Shown here: in pieces, positions 36,470 to 48,872 of the stretch
Numbering within the stretch: the stretch's first letter is position 1
How the letters are laid out: each line of letters begins with the position of its first letter
Assembly: GCF_004010195.1 (NCBI RefSeq)
Contig: NC_057759.1
Coordinates: 5,207,047-5,271,046 of the forward strand
Length of the DNA stretch: 64,000 bases
From: Chiloscyllium plagiosum
Taxonomy: Eukaryota
Direction: 5' to 3'
Program-made: the position numbers and the translations under genes
The notes under the pieces: generated by a model
Database searches by the model: none
Seen by the model: the letters and a program-made list of their open reading frames with translations, nothing else
What the model was told of the DNA's origin: nothing

Positions 36470-38830
36470 TAGGAAGGCTAATGGAATGTGAACCTTTATT
36501 CCAAGAGGATTTGAGCACAGGAGCAGTGAAGTCTTGTTTCAAACACATCAGACTTCGGTTAGGATGTACCTTCAGGACTGTGTGCAGTTTGGGTCTCCTT
36601 ACCTCAGGGAAGATGGTATTTCCATGTAGAGCAAGAGCCATGAAGATTCAGCACCTTTTCCTTGATTTGGGGACAATATCACATAAAGAGCAAGTGGGCA
36701 AACTGGGCCTGTGTTATTGAGGGATTGGACAGATGAGCAATGATATCATTGAAAATACAGTAACCCAACCCTTAAAGGGAGGGACAGGTTTAATGTTTGC
36801 TACTTAAGGGTAACGAGAGCCGGGCAGGATTTTGAAACAAGTGGGACTTTGGTCCGAGAAGAGAGTTTATTTTGTTTTGCTCAGTGGTTTGTGATCCTTT
36901 AGATTTCTATACCTGCAGGAGTCTGGGTCACACTACCTCTGTGTATGTTTAAGGTAGAGGCTGGTAGATTAATGAATATGATTGTTAATTGGGTTATGGG
37001 AATGGGGTATGTAAAATGCATTGAAATACTTGTTCAGCCCTGATCATGTTCACTAGAACAGCAGGTACAAGGGGCTGAATGGCCCACTCATGTTTGTATG
37101 TTTCTCTGTTGCGTAAGCAGCCCTTCGTGTTTCTTATCATTCTCAAAAATATTCTCAAATACTTTCCTCTCCTAATCATGAAACTCTGCTCGGAAATGTG
37201 CAATTTATAGACTTGTTAGCTCAAAGGTTTTTTTCCCAAATTAATGCAGTGGCAATGAAAATGTAATGTGTGAGATTAGACCCGAGCTGTCCTTTGTCTC
37301 AGGGAGGGACTGAAGATTAGCAATGACTGTGTCAAGCCAAATCGAAGCAAGTATGTCCAGTAAGAATATCGGACAATTTTGTGTTTCTGTAAATGACAGC
37401 TTCAACAGGTTTTTATTTAACTCTTGGCCCGGAAAAGCTGCATTAGCAACTCTGCTATTTCATGTACACTCCAAGTAAATTGGAGTCTAAGTGAAGAAAT
37501 TATGTCTGTGAAGAGAGATAGATTGGAAAAGATAGATTATATGAATAGATAGACATACAGATAAGACATTTCCTGCTTAAAGTTTGAACACTATGTTAAA
37601 CAATGTTGCAGTAACGACACCATTGTTTAAGAGAGACCCACAAAGGAGCACATATCCATCAAAATTTCACCATTCCTTTAACAATGTAACTACTGAGCCC
37701 TGGTTTAATGTACCTGACCACTTTTCAGACATCATCCCGTTGAGGGAAAAATATCAATTATTAATTGCAAGGATTTGTTGCTGAACAGACTGTTAAGGAT
37801 GGAGTTACTCCAGTGAGATTTAAAAGTAAAAAAAACATGTTCCAATCATAAACATTAACTCTTAACCTGTGTGTAAAAAAAGAGCCCTAATTCGACAACA
37901 ACAGAATACAGCAATTCTATAGAAATGCTACATCATCTGACAATGCTTCCCACTGAATTTGTGCTAGAATTTAAACACTTAATAAACCATTTGATGTGTT
38001 ACTTATTATCGTGGTAGAACAGGAGAATCCAGCTAATATTTGCACAAAACAGCTCACAACAAAAATGAACTATGCACCTGCACCCTTAGGTCTTTTTGTT
38101 CAGGAACACTGCCCAGAATCATCCCATTGCCCAGGTCCAGATGCAGGTGACAGTAAAGAAACTGCATATTGGCCTTCATAGTGAGAGGATTAGGTTATAG
38201 GAGCAGGGATGTCTTGCTGCAGTTGTACAGTGCATTGCTGAGGCCACGGTTAGAAGATTGAGTACAGTCTTGGTCTCCTTATCTGAGGAAGGATGTTCTT
38301 GCTCTCGAGGGGTTGCAGCAAAAGTTTATCAGATTAATTTCTGAAATGGTAGGACTGACGTACGAAGGAGATCGAGTCAGTTCGAATTATATTTGCTGGA
38401 GTTTAGACAAAGGAGAAGTTGCGGTGGGGTGGGAGAATGTCTTAAACCTACAAACATTCAAACATGACTTTGACAAGTTGGATGCAGGCAAGATGTTCCC
38501 AATGATCCACAGGATTCCAGAAACAGAAATTAAAGTTTACGGATAAGAAATAAATCTTTTAGAACTAAGGAGCCATGTCTTCTCTCAGAGAGTGGCAAGC
38601 CTGGGGGATTCACTACCACAGAAAGTAGCTGAGGGGAAGCATTGTGTTTTCAGGAATGGGGTAGATATCACTCTTGTGCCTGAAGGGACTAAGTGATGCA
38701 GTGGTGGCAGGGCAGCGGAGTGCAGAATTAGGGTACTGCGCTCGATGATCAGCCACAATCCTATTGAATGGTGAAGCTGCCTCGAGGGGTCGAATGTCGA
38801 GGGTCGTCCCGCCCTGTACCTTCTGTGTTT
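36470..38830 (+). mobile_element. Two degenerate CR1 3' fragments (~36470-37100 and ~38165-38830)
   Basis: CVQFGSPYLRED and SWSPYLRKDVLALEGLQQKFIRLI-like translations. Confidence 0.7.
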
Positions 38831-39999
38831 CTATGATTTTTCTTTGTAATTGTAACCCAGGTATTAACACCACCAATTTCCTACAGCAAAAATGCTTCAG
38901 TGTTTCCAAATAGGTTTCACACATCCTCGAAGACAATCCTCATGCACTCTTGAGGGCAATTCTGACAAAAAAACAATATTTCTCCTACAGGAGAGGAGAG
39001 TGTTGATTGCTTACCAAGTCAATTGTGCCTTGCAGAGGTGTTGCAATTGAGAATGCAGCCACTGATGCTGAGTGCCTTCACATGGCAGATATTGTTTCAG
39101 TTTTATACAACCAATTGGTCAGGGTATTGCTTTGGTAAAGCTCAGAGGGCACAGTCTCAAGATAAAAGAATGTTGATTTAAGTCTGAGATGAAGAGGAAT
39201 TCCTTCCCTCAGGGGTTGTGAGTCTTTGGAATTCCTTGCCACAGAATGCTTGTGTATATTGAAGGTGGAGACAGATTCTTGATTACTTGGGGAAATCAAG
39301 GGAAAGTGCAGGAAAGTGGACATCAGGAATGTCAGATCAGCTATGATCCTACTGAATGATGGTTTAGGCATGAGCGACTGAATGGCCTACTCCTTTTTCC
39401 ATTTCCTATGGGTTTATGAACTACCAAATTACTCCCACCCATTTTGTTCCTTTGTGAAAGACACATTGGGTAACCGATGTGTCTTTCACAAAGGGAACCA
39501 GGGCCTGGGTAGTGCACAAATAATGTTTCAATTGTTGTACACATATGAATGCTACATTGTGGCAAGTTGTGTCTGAAATTCTGAGTTAGCAATGGACTAA
39601 CTGTATTCATGTACTTACTGGTGTTTGAAACCATTGGAAACTGTCAGTCAGTGACAGTGATTGAGACTCACTCAGCAGTTACTAAGGAACCTCATCTTGT
39701 TCATTCATCTCCCCTACACAGTCAGCCAGCGGCCACCTTCATCTGATCAAGCCTTCTTAGTGACATTACCCTCCTCAGTCACTTTCTCCTGCACGGCCCC
39801 AAAATCCCAGGCCTGCAATCAACACGAGGAATAATGCAGCCCCTTTACTTGCTCAGACTATCAGGAATGCAGATTTTACAGGACATTGCTCCGTGTGACT
39901 CCAGTTCTACTCTCACATTGATGACACTTAATTGCCCTCGGAAAGGGCAACAGACACTGCTGTTCAACAGGAAATAAAGATTTTAATAAATGATTCTAG

Positions 40000-40400
40000 G
40001 GAGTGTGGGACTGTCGGAGGGTCAGAGCTGAGGCAGTGCCGCACTGTTGGAGGGTCAGTACTGAAGGAGTGGCGTAACATTCGAAGGTCAGTGCTGAGGC
40101 AGTGCCTCACTGTCACAGGGTCAGTGCTGAGGGGGTGGCGCATTGTCGCAGGTTAGTGCTCAGGGAGCGCTGCACCAGAGGGTCAGTACTGAGGGAATGC
40201 CGCACCGTCAGAATGTCAGTACTGAGACAGTGCCACACTGTTGGAAGGCCAGTGCTGAAGGAGCACTGCACCATCTGACAGTCAGTGCTGAGGGAGTGCC
40301 ACACTGGAGGATCAGAACTGAGGGAGTCCCACACTGATATAAGGTCAGTACTGAGGGACCGATGCACTGTCAGAGATTTCATACTGAGGCACTGCTGCAT
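40000..40400. repeat. ~32-bp tandem repeat (cactgtcggagggtcagtactgagggagtgccg-like)
   Basis: About 12 degenerate units. Confidence 0.9.
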
Positions 40401-41324
40401 TCTGTGAGCTGACGTCTTTTATGTGATATTTCAATGCAGCAGTGTGCATGGCCATTATTTTCATGTTGGTACAATTAATTACTTGAATACTGCTGTCCAA
40501 TGAAGTTTCTCCAGAAATGGATGGAGGTTTCATTTCCTGAGGAACTTGCTGATGAAATCACTATTTTGAAACAAAACCGGCTTGATTGAGGAGGGGCTGT
40601 TTTCGGAGATATCACTTTGAAAGGAGCAGCAGTGCTGGTGGAATTGAAGCTGATTTCATCATTGGGATTTGAACGGACCTATCAGTGACAATCACCGAGA
40701 ATCACTCAGCACTTACTGAGGAACCTCATCTTGTCCATTCATGTTTCCCCCCCCATCCCACTTCAATCAACCAGCAGCCATCTTCATCTGATCGAGCATT
40801 CTTAGTGACATTACCCTCCTCCATCACTTTCTCCAGCATGGCAGCAAACCCAAAGGAGTATAGCAAGTAACTGTGGAATGTGAACAAATAGGATACATAG
40901 AAAGATCCCAAGGCCGAGCGATTACAGTATCTGCTAATGACTTTGAGATCATGTGAACGTGGGGCTGTCCAATGGATGCCCATCATTGATTAGGTATCTC
41001 ATAGGATAGAGTATGCAAAGTAAAGGGAGGAACATATTAATCACGTTGTATGTGATTGTTCACAGACACTGTACAAAAGATACTGCATTTTTTACTGTAA
41101 AATCAGAGTGTGCCATGGATCTCTCCTCCGAGTCCATTCTCAGGGGAAGATCCTTTGGCCCTCTCCCTGCATTAACCGGTTTCTTATTGAATAAACACCT
41201 ACCACTTGCCTGAATCCTGCCTGCCTCCTGAGTCTTTCATCTCTGGTCAGGGATTATGCTCCTACAGAGGCCTTACTGTAGTCCATGTAAACTACATCAA
41301 CTGCACTACTCCCATCAGTATATT

Positions 41325-41790
41325 TCGTTGCCAGGACTGGAGGGTTTGAGTTGTGGGGAGATGCCAAATAGGCTGTTGCTTTTTCCCCCGGACTGTCTGA
41401 GGTTGAGGTATGACCTTATTGAGGTTAATAAAATCATGAGTGACATTGAGAGGGTGAATGTGCAAGGTCTTTTTTCTAATGTTGGGGAGTCCAAAAATAG
41501 AGGGCATAGGTTTAAGGTGAGAGGGAAAAGAGTTAAAAAACACTTGTGGGTTACTTTATCATTGCAGAGGGTGGTGCTTGTATGGAATGAGCTACCAGAG
41601 GAAGTGGAGGTGGTGGGTACAATTACAACCTTATGTAGGCACCTGGATCGGTACATGAATAGGAAGAGTTTAGAGGGAGACAGACCAAATGCTGGCAAAT
41701 GGGACTTGGTCAGATTAGGATCTCTGGTCAGCACTAACAACTTGGACCAAAGGACCTGTTTCTGTGCTGTACAACTGTATGACACTCTGA
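41325..41790 (+). mobile_element. CR1/HER1 3' fragment
   Basis: LRYDLIEVNKIM..RGHRFKV..WNELPEEV. Confidence 0.85.
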
Positions 41791-42885
41791 AGGCCAGACC
41801 TTGATATCACTAATCCCAGTTAGATTCCGTACTATCAGAATTGGAAAAGTCCATTGCTTTTCCCACCTTGACTTTTAAGAACAGCACAGACTCGTTTCTG
41901 TGGCAATGTGTTACAGTTTTACTTGTCTGTGAATTCTACAGATACAAACAATTACAGAAAATAAGATCTTTCCCATTCACTTCAGGAAACATGAACTGAG
42001 AACTCTCTCCTGTCCCACTCTACTAACTGGCTGTCCACTTTACAGCAAACATTTAAATTGCTCAGTGACACAACGCAGGAAGACTGAAGCAGGGTCAAGT
42101 GAGTATAGGCATCCTCCCTGTGTCATAACTGTTTCTTTCAAAAATCTTTTTATATATAAAATAAGTGTGTATACACAATGGAGAACAGCCCGAGTAGTCA
42201 ACATTAAATTTTATTTTCTAAGTTCTTCACTAGATAATGTGGCTCTACTCTGTGGCACACCTGAGCAGAGTTTTTAAGGACAGTCCCATTGAATAGCACA
42301 GACTGACAGGTAGATAGTAATTCCCAAGTATACAAGCCGTACAAGTGAATGGAAGAGCAGAGCAAATAGTTGCTGACTGCACCAGTTATTGTCCTTATTC
42401 ATGTAATGAAGGATGTGAAGGAAACTGATTTCTGGACGCAACAAAGAATGAGATAGTGCCATTACACAGTGGGTATAGAATAACTTGCAAAGCACATAAA
42501 TAGACCAGGTTAGTAGGTCCACAGGTAAAAATAGAAAAATCATTCTCACAAGGATCACATGGTTGGGAGAGCTAGCATTTCATTAATGAAGTTAAACAGG
42601 ACAGGGTAAGAGTGAAATATGTCAGTGTAAAAGTGAACTTCCAATCAAATTTAAATGCATAGCATCACATTGGTCACAAAGTAAACTCCACTTGTTTATT
42701 CAGAAATACTGAACTATTGCATGTTCACAATGTATTCCAGTTAAGTAGGGAAAGAAGTAAATAAACATTCAGATTAAGTATTCATCCAAATATCTCACCA
42801 TGGTTTAAACTTGCTGTCTGACTCTATGACTGTATGTAATTCGTGTATCAATTCTGTTTGTCCAGACTGGAGGAATTAGATAGCA

Positions 42886-43052
42886 GGGTACAAACAATGA
42901 CTGCAGATGCTGGAAACCAGATTCTGGATTAGTGGTGCTGGAAAAGCACAGCAATTCAGGCAGCATCTGAGGAGCAGTAAAATCGACAGTTCGGGCAAAA
43001 GCCCTTCATCAGGAATACAGCCAGAAACATCGATTTTACTGCTCCTCGGATC
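42886..43052. mobile_element. Penelope-derived hammerhead element
   Basis: Same sequence as 3226-3356, with an inverted arm. Confidence 0.75.
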
Positions 43053-43356
43053 ACTGGTTCTCTGCAGTCTCGGATCCACCTGCAATATCATCGGACTTCC
43101 TGAAATTGACAGAGTGGTTAAACTATTTTGTGATGTAAACCATGAGATTTTGATTAATCATTTTCAATGTCTGTTGCTTGGATATCTGCTTCACAGTTGT
43201 TGTGACTGTCACAATGTCAGCTGGGTGGAACTCATAGAATACGAGTTCACTGATTGGGGCTGTTAATATGGTCCAGAGAGTTCTGGCTGAAGGACATAAA
43301 CAGGAGTGACAGGGATTCTGCGACTCTGAGCTAGCTGGATCAGTGTCATGTGCTAG

Positions 43357-44138
43357 GGTTGTTTTTCAGACTGGAGGCCTGTGACGAGTGGAGTGTCACA
43401 AGGATTGGTGCTGGGTCCTCTACTTTTTGTCATTTACATAAATGATTTGGATGCGAACACAAAATGTAAGTTTGCAGATGACACCGAAATTGGAGGTGTA
43501 GTGGACAGCGAAGAAGGTTACCTCAGATTGCAACAGGATCTTGACCAGATGGGCCAATGGGCTGAGAAGTGGCAGATGGAGTTTAATTCAGATAAATGCG
43601 AGGTGATGTTGCATGCAATTCTGGTCTCCTTCCTATCGGAAAGATGTTGTGAAACTTGAAAGGGTTCAGAAAAGATTTACAAGGATGTTGCCAGAGTTGG
43701 AGGATTTGAGCTATAGGGAGAGGCTGAACACGCTGGAGCTGTTTTCGCTGGAGCATTGGAGGCTGAGGGGTGACCTTATAGAGGTTTACAAAATTTGATG
43801 GGAATGGATCAGGTAAATAGGCAAAATCTTTTCCCTGGATCGGGGAGTCCAGAACTAGAGAGCATAGGTTTAGGGTGAGAGGGGAAAGATATAAAAGAGA
43901 CCTACAGGGCAACTTTTTCACGCAGAGGGTAGTATGTGTATGGAATGAGCTGCCAGAGGAAGTGGTGGAGACTGGTACAATTGCAACATTTAAGAGGCAT
44001 TTGGATGGGTATATGAATAGGAAGGGTTTGAAGGGATATGGGCCAGGTGCTTGTACTAGATTGGGTTGGGATATCTGGTCGGCATGGACGGGTTGGACCG
44101 AAGGATCTGTTTCCATGCTGTACATCTCTATGACTCTA
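43357..44138 (+). mobile_element. CR1/HER1 3' fragment with internal deletion
   Basis: SGVSQGLVLGPLLFVIYINDL..FADDT; ends in ctctatgactcta. Confidence 0.9.
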
Positions 44139-46223
44139 TCACATATAGTTAAAGGGTGACTTGACTGAATACTGGCCTCCATGGAGTTATTTCACCAGCA
44201 ACTAACTGATACACTTTCATCTCTGCATCCGATGTTAGTCATTAACTAGCAGGTATTTCTGCACCATTCCATCAAAACGCAACTTGCAAGCCTGGATATA
44301 GCCAAAATAGCTTTAAGCATTTTGATTGCTTTTTGGTGGAATGATTGATAGGGCATTTGTAAGACTGCTTGGGGTGAACATTCATAATATGATACAATTC
44401 TTTCTTAAGATGGAGACTGAGATTCTGAGACTGGGTTCGTGAATCTTATTAAGGAAAACTATGATGGTATGAGGCATGTGTAAGCTATGATAGATTGGGA
44501 AATGTTTCTGAAAAGACCATTCAAAGAGTGAATGGGTGAACTACAAAAATTATTTATTCCAAAATGACCTAACAGTAGCCAAACTGTGTCTTACAGAGGA
44601 AGATTGAGATAGATTAGAAGCAAAAAAAAGGCATTCAGATTAGCAAGAAAAGAAACAAAAGAACAGTCCAGAAGTCAGAAAAAAAAACGACCAAAGCATT
44701 GATTGAGAAGAGGAAATTAAAGCATGAGTGTAAGCTTGCAGGGAACATAAAAGCTGACTGTAAATGTTTTTGCAAATGTGTAAAGAGAAAAAAATGCTGA
44801 AGACCAGTCTAAATCCCTTTCAATCAGAACCAGGGGAAATTATAATGAGGAACAAAGAAACTAAAGTCATACTTCAGTTCTGTCATCATACAGGATGATA
44901 TGAAAAATGTACTGGAAATGATGGGGAACAGAGAGGTTGGTGAGAGGGAGGAAGTAAAGAAATATTGCTAGGAAAATTGATGGGATTGAAGGGAGATAAA
45001 TCATCAGATCCTGACAATCTACATTCCAGAGTGGTGAAGGACCTGGCCTTACAATTATTGGATGCATTGGTGACTGTGCTTGAAGATCCCGCAGATGCTA
45101 AGATAGTTCTGGTATATGAGACGGTTGCTGATCGAAATTTCCTACTTAGAAAGGGAGGTAATTCATACAGTAATACAGCATGGTAACAGGCCCTTCAGCC
45201 CAAAATGCTCCATGCCAACCATTGTTCCCACTCACCGAGTTCAAATTACCTGCATTTGGTCCATATCCCTCTAAACCCTTCCCATCCATGTACCTACTCA
45301 CATGTTGTTTTGAATGTTGCAATTGTACCTCAAGCATTTTCTCTGGGATCCCATTCCATATAGGTAGCACATGCTGTGTGAAGAAGTCCTTAGGTCCTTA
45401 AATCCTTCCCCTCTCACCTTCAACCTCTAGTTTTTGTTTGCCATCCCTGGGAAAACAATTGTCAGCATTTATCCTATCTATGCCCCTCATGATTTTATAT
45501 ACATCAATAGAGTCACCCCTCATTCGTCCACGATCCAAGGAACCTAGCCCTATTCCGGCTAACCTCTCCCTCTAACTCAGACCTACTGGTCCTGACAACA
45601 TCTTCATAAATCTTCTTTGCACGCACTCCAGTTTAACTAGGTTTTCCTATAACAGAGTGACCAAAACTTTACACAATACTACAATTGTGCCTCACCAACA
45701 ACTTAGCCAAATGTAACAAAGTCGCAACTCCTATACTCAAAACCTCGACCGATGAAGGCCAGCATGCTAAATACCTTCTTAACCACCCTATCTACCTGTT
45801 AAGCTGCTTTCATCAAGCTATGTACTTGTATTTTTAGATTCCTTTGTTCCTCGACACTCCTCTGGACCTGACCACTTACTGTATGAGTCTTACCAGTTAC
45901 TGTATACCTTAGGTTTACCTTACAAAGTGTAACACCACACACTTATCTGTATTGAATTGCATTTGCTAATCTTTAGCCTACTTCCCCATCTCATCAAGAT
46001 CCCTCTGTCATTTGATAACCTCTTCTCTGCTATCAATGATACCTCCTAATTTTGTATCTTCCACCAATATACTAATCATGCCATGTGCATTCACATGCAG
46101 ATCATTTATGTAAATAACAAATAACAAAGGTCCCAGCACCTACCGCTCTGGTGCACCACCAGTCACAGGCCTCCAGTCCAAGAAATAACCTTCAACTATC
46201 ACTCTCTGCTACCTAGAGTTGAG

Positions 46224-46314
46224 TTGAAACTTTATTGCTGGAACAGCACAGCAGGTCAGGCAGCATCCAGGGAACAGGAGATTCGACGTTTCGGGCACAG
46301 GCCCTTCTTCAGGA
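46224..46314 (-). mobile_element. 91-bp Penelope-derived hammerhead element with 13-bp TSD
   Basis: TSD acctagagttgag at 46211-46223 and 46315-46327. Confidence 0.85.
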
Positions 46315-46317
46315 ACC
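46280..46317 (-). ncRNA. Putative minimal type I hammerhead ribozyme
   Basis: GGTTC-CTGAAGA-A-GGGC(CTGT)GCCC-GAA-ACGT-C^GAATC: intact core, 4-bp helix II, palindromic helix III, and a 5-bp helix I with one GU pair. Confidence 0.6.
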
Positions 46318-48577
46318 TAGAGTTGAGCCAACTTTGAATCCAATTAACTAGGTCTCCCTGGATCCCATGCGACCAAACCTTCATGAATAATCTGCTGTGT
46401 GGGCCCTTGTCAAAGACCTTACAAATGTCCATATAGACAAAATCCATTGACAATAATACAACAGTCAGCCTGATGTTGATGTTGAGAGTATCAAGGACAT
46501 GTTGTGGGTTCAACATTAGCCATCGTTTCAAGTCAACATGGGGGCAGTTTAACCTGGATGATGAGGTAAAAGCATAAGCATTAGAGCCAGCAATTGAAAT
46601 CAGAGCCAGCACCGTCCTGTTATCAACTAGAATTAATCTCTCAGATTATTACTGCCTTAGTAATGCCAATCACTCAGTGTCATACTTTCAGCTGCTGAAA
46701 TACATTTCCCTCTTGAGTTTTGAGAATTAAATCAATCAAATTGTGTAGCCAACTTCTGAAATCATATTCTTATCAAATCAGGGAATAACATTAGTTTAGA
46801 TAGCAATTGGCTTGCCAACAGACAACAGAGTCTGTTTGGCAAGCTATAGTGATTGGGAACACACAGGATTCACTCCTTGTTCCCAACTATATACAATCTA
46901 TATTCATGACTCAGGCACAGGGATAGAAGGTATGCTAAGCAAACTAAAACAGTTGTGAAACTAAGCTGCAAGGAAGAAATGAGACACTTAAAAATGGAAT
47001 TAAAAGGTTAAGTGATGGCACCAACATTTGACATTTTATGTGGATGCGGGTGATATTGGCCACTGTGGTCAAAGGAATAGAAATGCAACTTATTATTCAA
47101 GCGGGAGAGAAACCTCATAGTGATTAAGTCCAGAGGGATCTGGGTATCCTTGCGCATTAATCTTAGAAAGCTGGCACATAGGGACAGCAGGTAATAAGGA
47201 AGGCAACTGGCATTTGCTGAAATAATGGTATAAATGAGTAAGAAAGTACAACTGTACAAGGCATTAGGGTTTCTACATTCAGAATACTGTGTAGACATCT
47301 GCTCCCCTTATTTGAGGAGGAATATAGTTACATTGGAGGCAGTTCAGAGAAGATTCACTCAATCAATTCCAGAGATGAGTGGTTTGTCTTATGTGGAGAG
47401 ATTGAGCATTTCAGCTGATACTTTCTGTAGTTTAGAATCAGGAAAACTAATTGAGGGATATAAGATGCTAAAGGGTGGTGGAGGGGGAGTTATTGGCAAA
47501 GCAGATGGAGAGACGAAGTTGTCTCATGTGGGACAATCTAGAATGAGAGGTCATAGTCTCAGGATATGGAGCTGGGGTAGATTGAAACAGATAAGGAGAA
47601 ATGGCTTATTTCAAAGTTGGGGGTGGGGGGTGTTGGAAGCGTGAGTCTGTCAGAATTCACCCTACTCCCCACCCCACAGTGTGTGGATAGTGCCAGAATA
47701 CTGCATACATTTGAGGTGGAGACAGAAGGATTTTTGATTTTGCAATCCTCAACCCACTTGCCCATCTCATCAAGATCCTCTGTAATTTTGATAACCTTTC
47801 TTGCTATCAACTATACCTCCTAATTTTGTATCATCCTCCAATTTACTCATCATGCCTTGTACACTCACATCCAGATCATTTATGTAAATAACAAATAACT
47901 AAGGTCCCAGCACCGCACTCTGTGGTGTACCACTAGTCACAGGCCTCCAGTCTGAGAAGCAACCTTCAACCATCACTCTCTGCTTCTTGCAACCGATCAA
48001 ATTTTGACTCCAATTAGCTAGTTTTCCCGGATCCTAACCTTCATGACTTGTCTGCCGTGCCAGGCGGAATCAGGCTCTCGGGGGACAGAATGACGTCCTT
48101 TTGTTCCTAGCCTTTACATTCTAAAGTGACACGTATCTCACACATCCACATGTTGGTAAGCTGACGTATACATAGGACCATTGGGATAATTAGCAAGCAG
48201 CACTTGGCATCGATACCGTCCACTATCCTCAAACGTAACTCGTTCCTTTTCGAAAGAAACACTTTTATTTCTTGACCTGATCTCAGCCACAACAGAGCCT
48301 TCCCGATAAAATGTGTAAATAAATTCAACTTGCACGAGGTATGTGCAATTACAACTCAGCCCCAGTGTCTGTTCATACCACAAAGGTTCTGACGCAGACT
48401 CAATACACATAAATCGGATCAGGAGCTGTCACAAAATAAATGACTCAAATTAATAACTGGATATATGAGCACCAATCAGCCAAATCTCCACTCGGACACA
48501 TCCCTTGGTTCCACCTCATAGCACAGTACAATTTTCTCCCCTGCTTCAGTAGGCAACTGTGTAACCAACACTTTTTT

Positions 48578-48872
48578 TTACTTACAGTGTGGAAACAGGC
48601 CCTTTGGCCCAAGTCTGCACCATCCCTCCGAAGAATATCCCACCAAAACCCGTTACACTACATTTACCCCTGACTAATGCACCAAACCTACACACCCCTG
48701 AACACGATGGGCAATTTAGCATGGGCTGGAAGGAAACCAGAGGACCTGGAGGAAATCCACACAGATACCGGGAGAGCATGCAAACTCCAGACAGACAATC
48801 ACCTGAGGTTGGAATCGAACCCAGGTCCCTACCACTGTGAAGCATCAATGCTAACCACTGAGCCACTGTGTC
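48578..48872 (-). mobile_element. HE1-type SINE specific to copy B
   Basis: Reverse complement starts cacagtggctcagtggttagcattgatgc; absent at the paralogous site near 16870-16910. Confidence 0.8.

Larger units (their letters stand above)
44430..48060. mobile_element. Cluster of nested CR1 fragments in both orientations
   Basis: ORF2 motifs on plus (44430-45150, 46770-47740) and minus (45170-46450, 47740-48060). Confidence 0.75.

Noticed and set aside
42274..43105. Hydrophobic 94-aa ORF and an acceptor-like site near 43105 as possible TM or other exons of paralog B
   Set aside because: No similarity to gene A exons 5-8, and no consistent splice phase or strong donor
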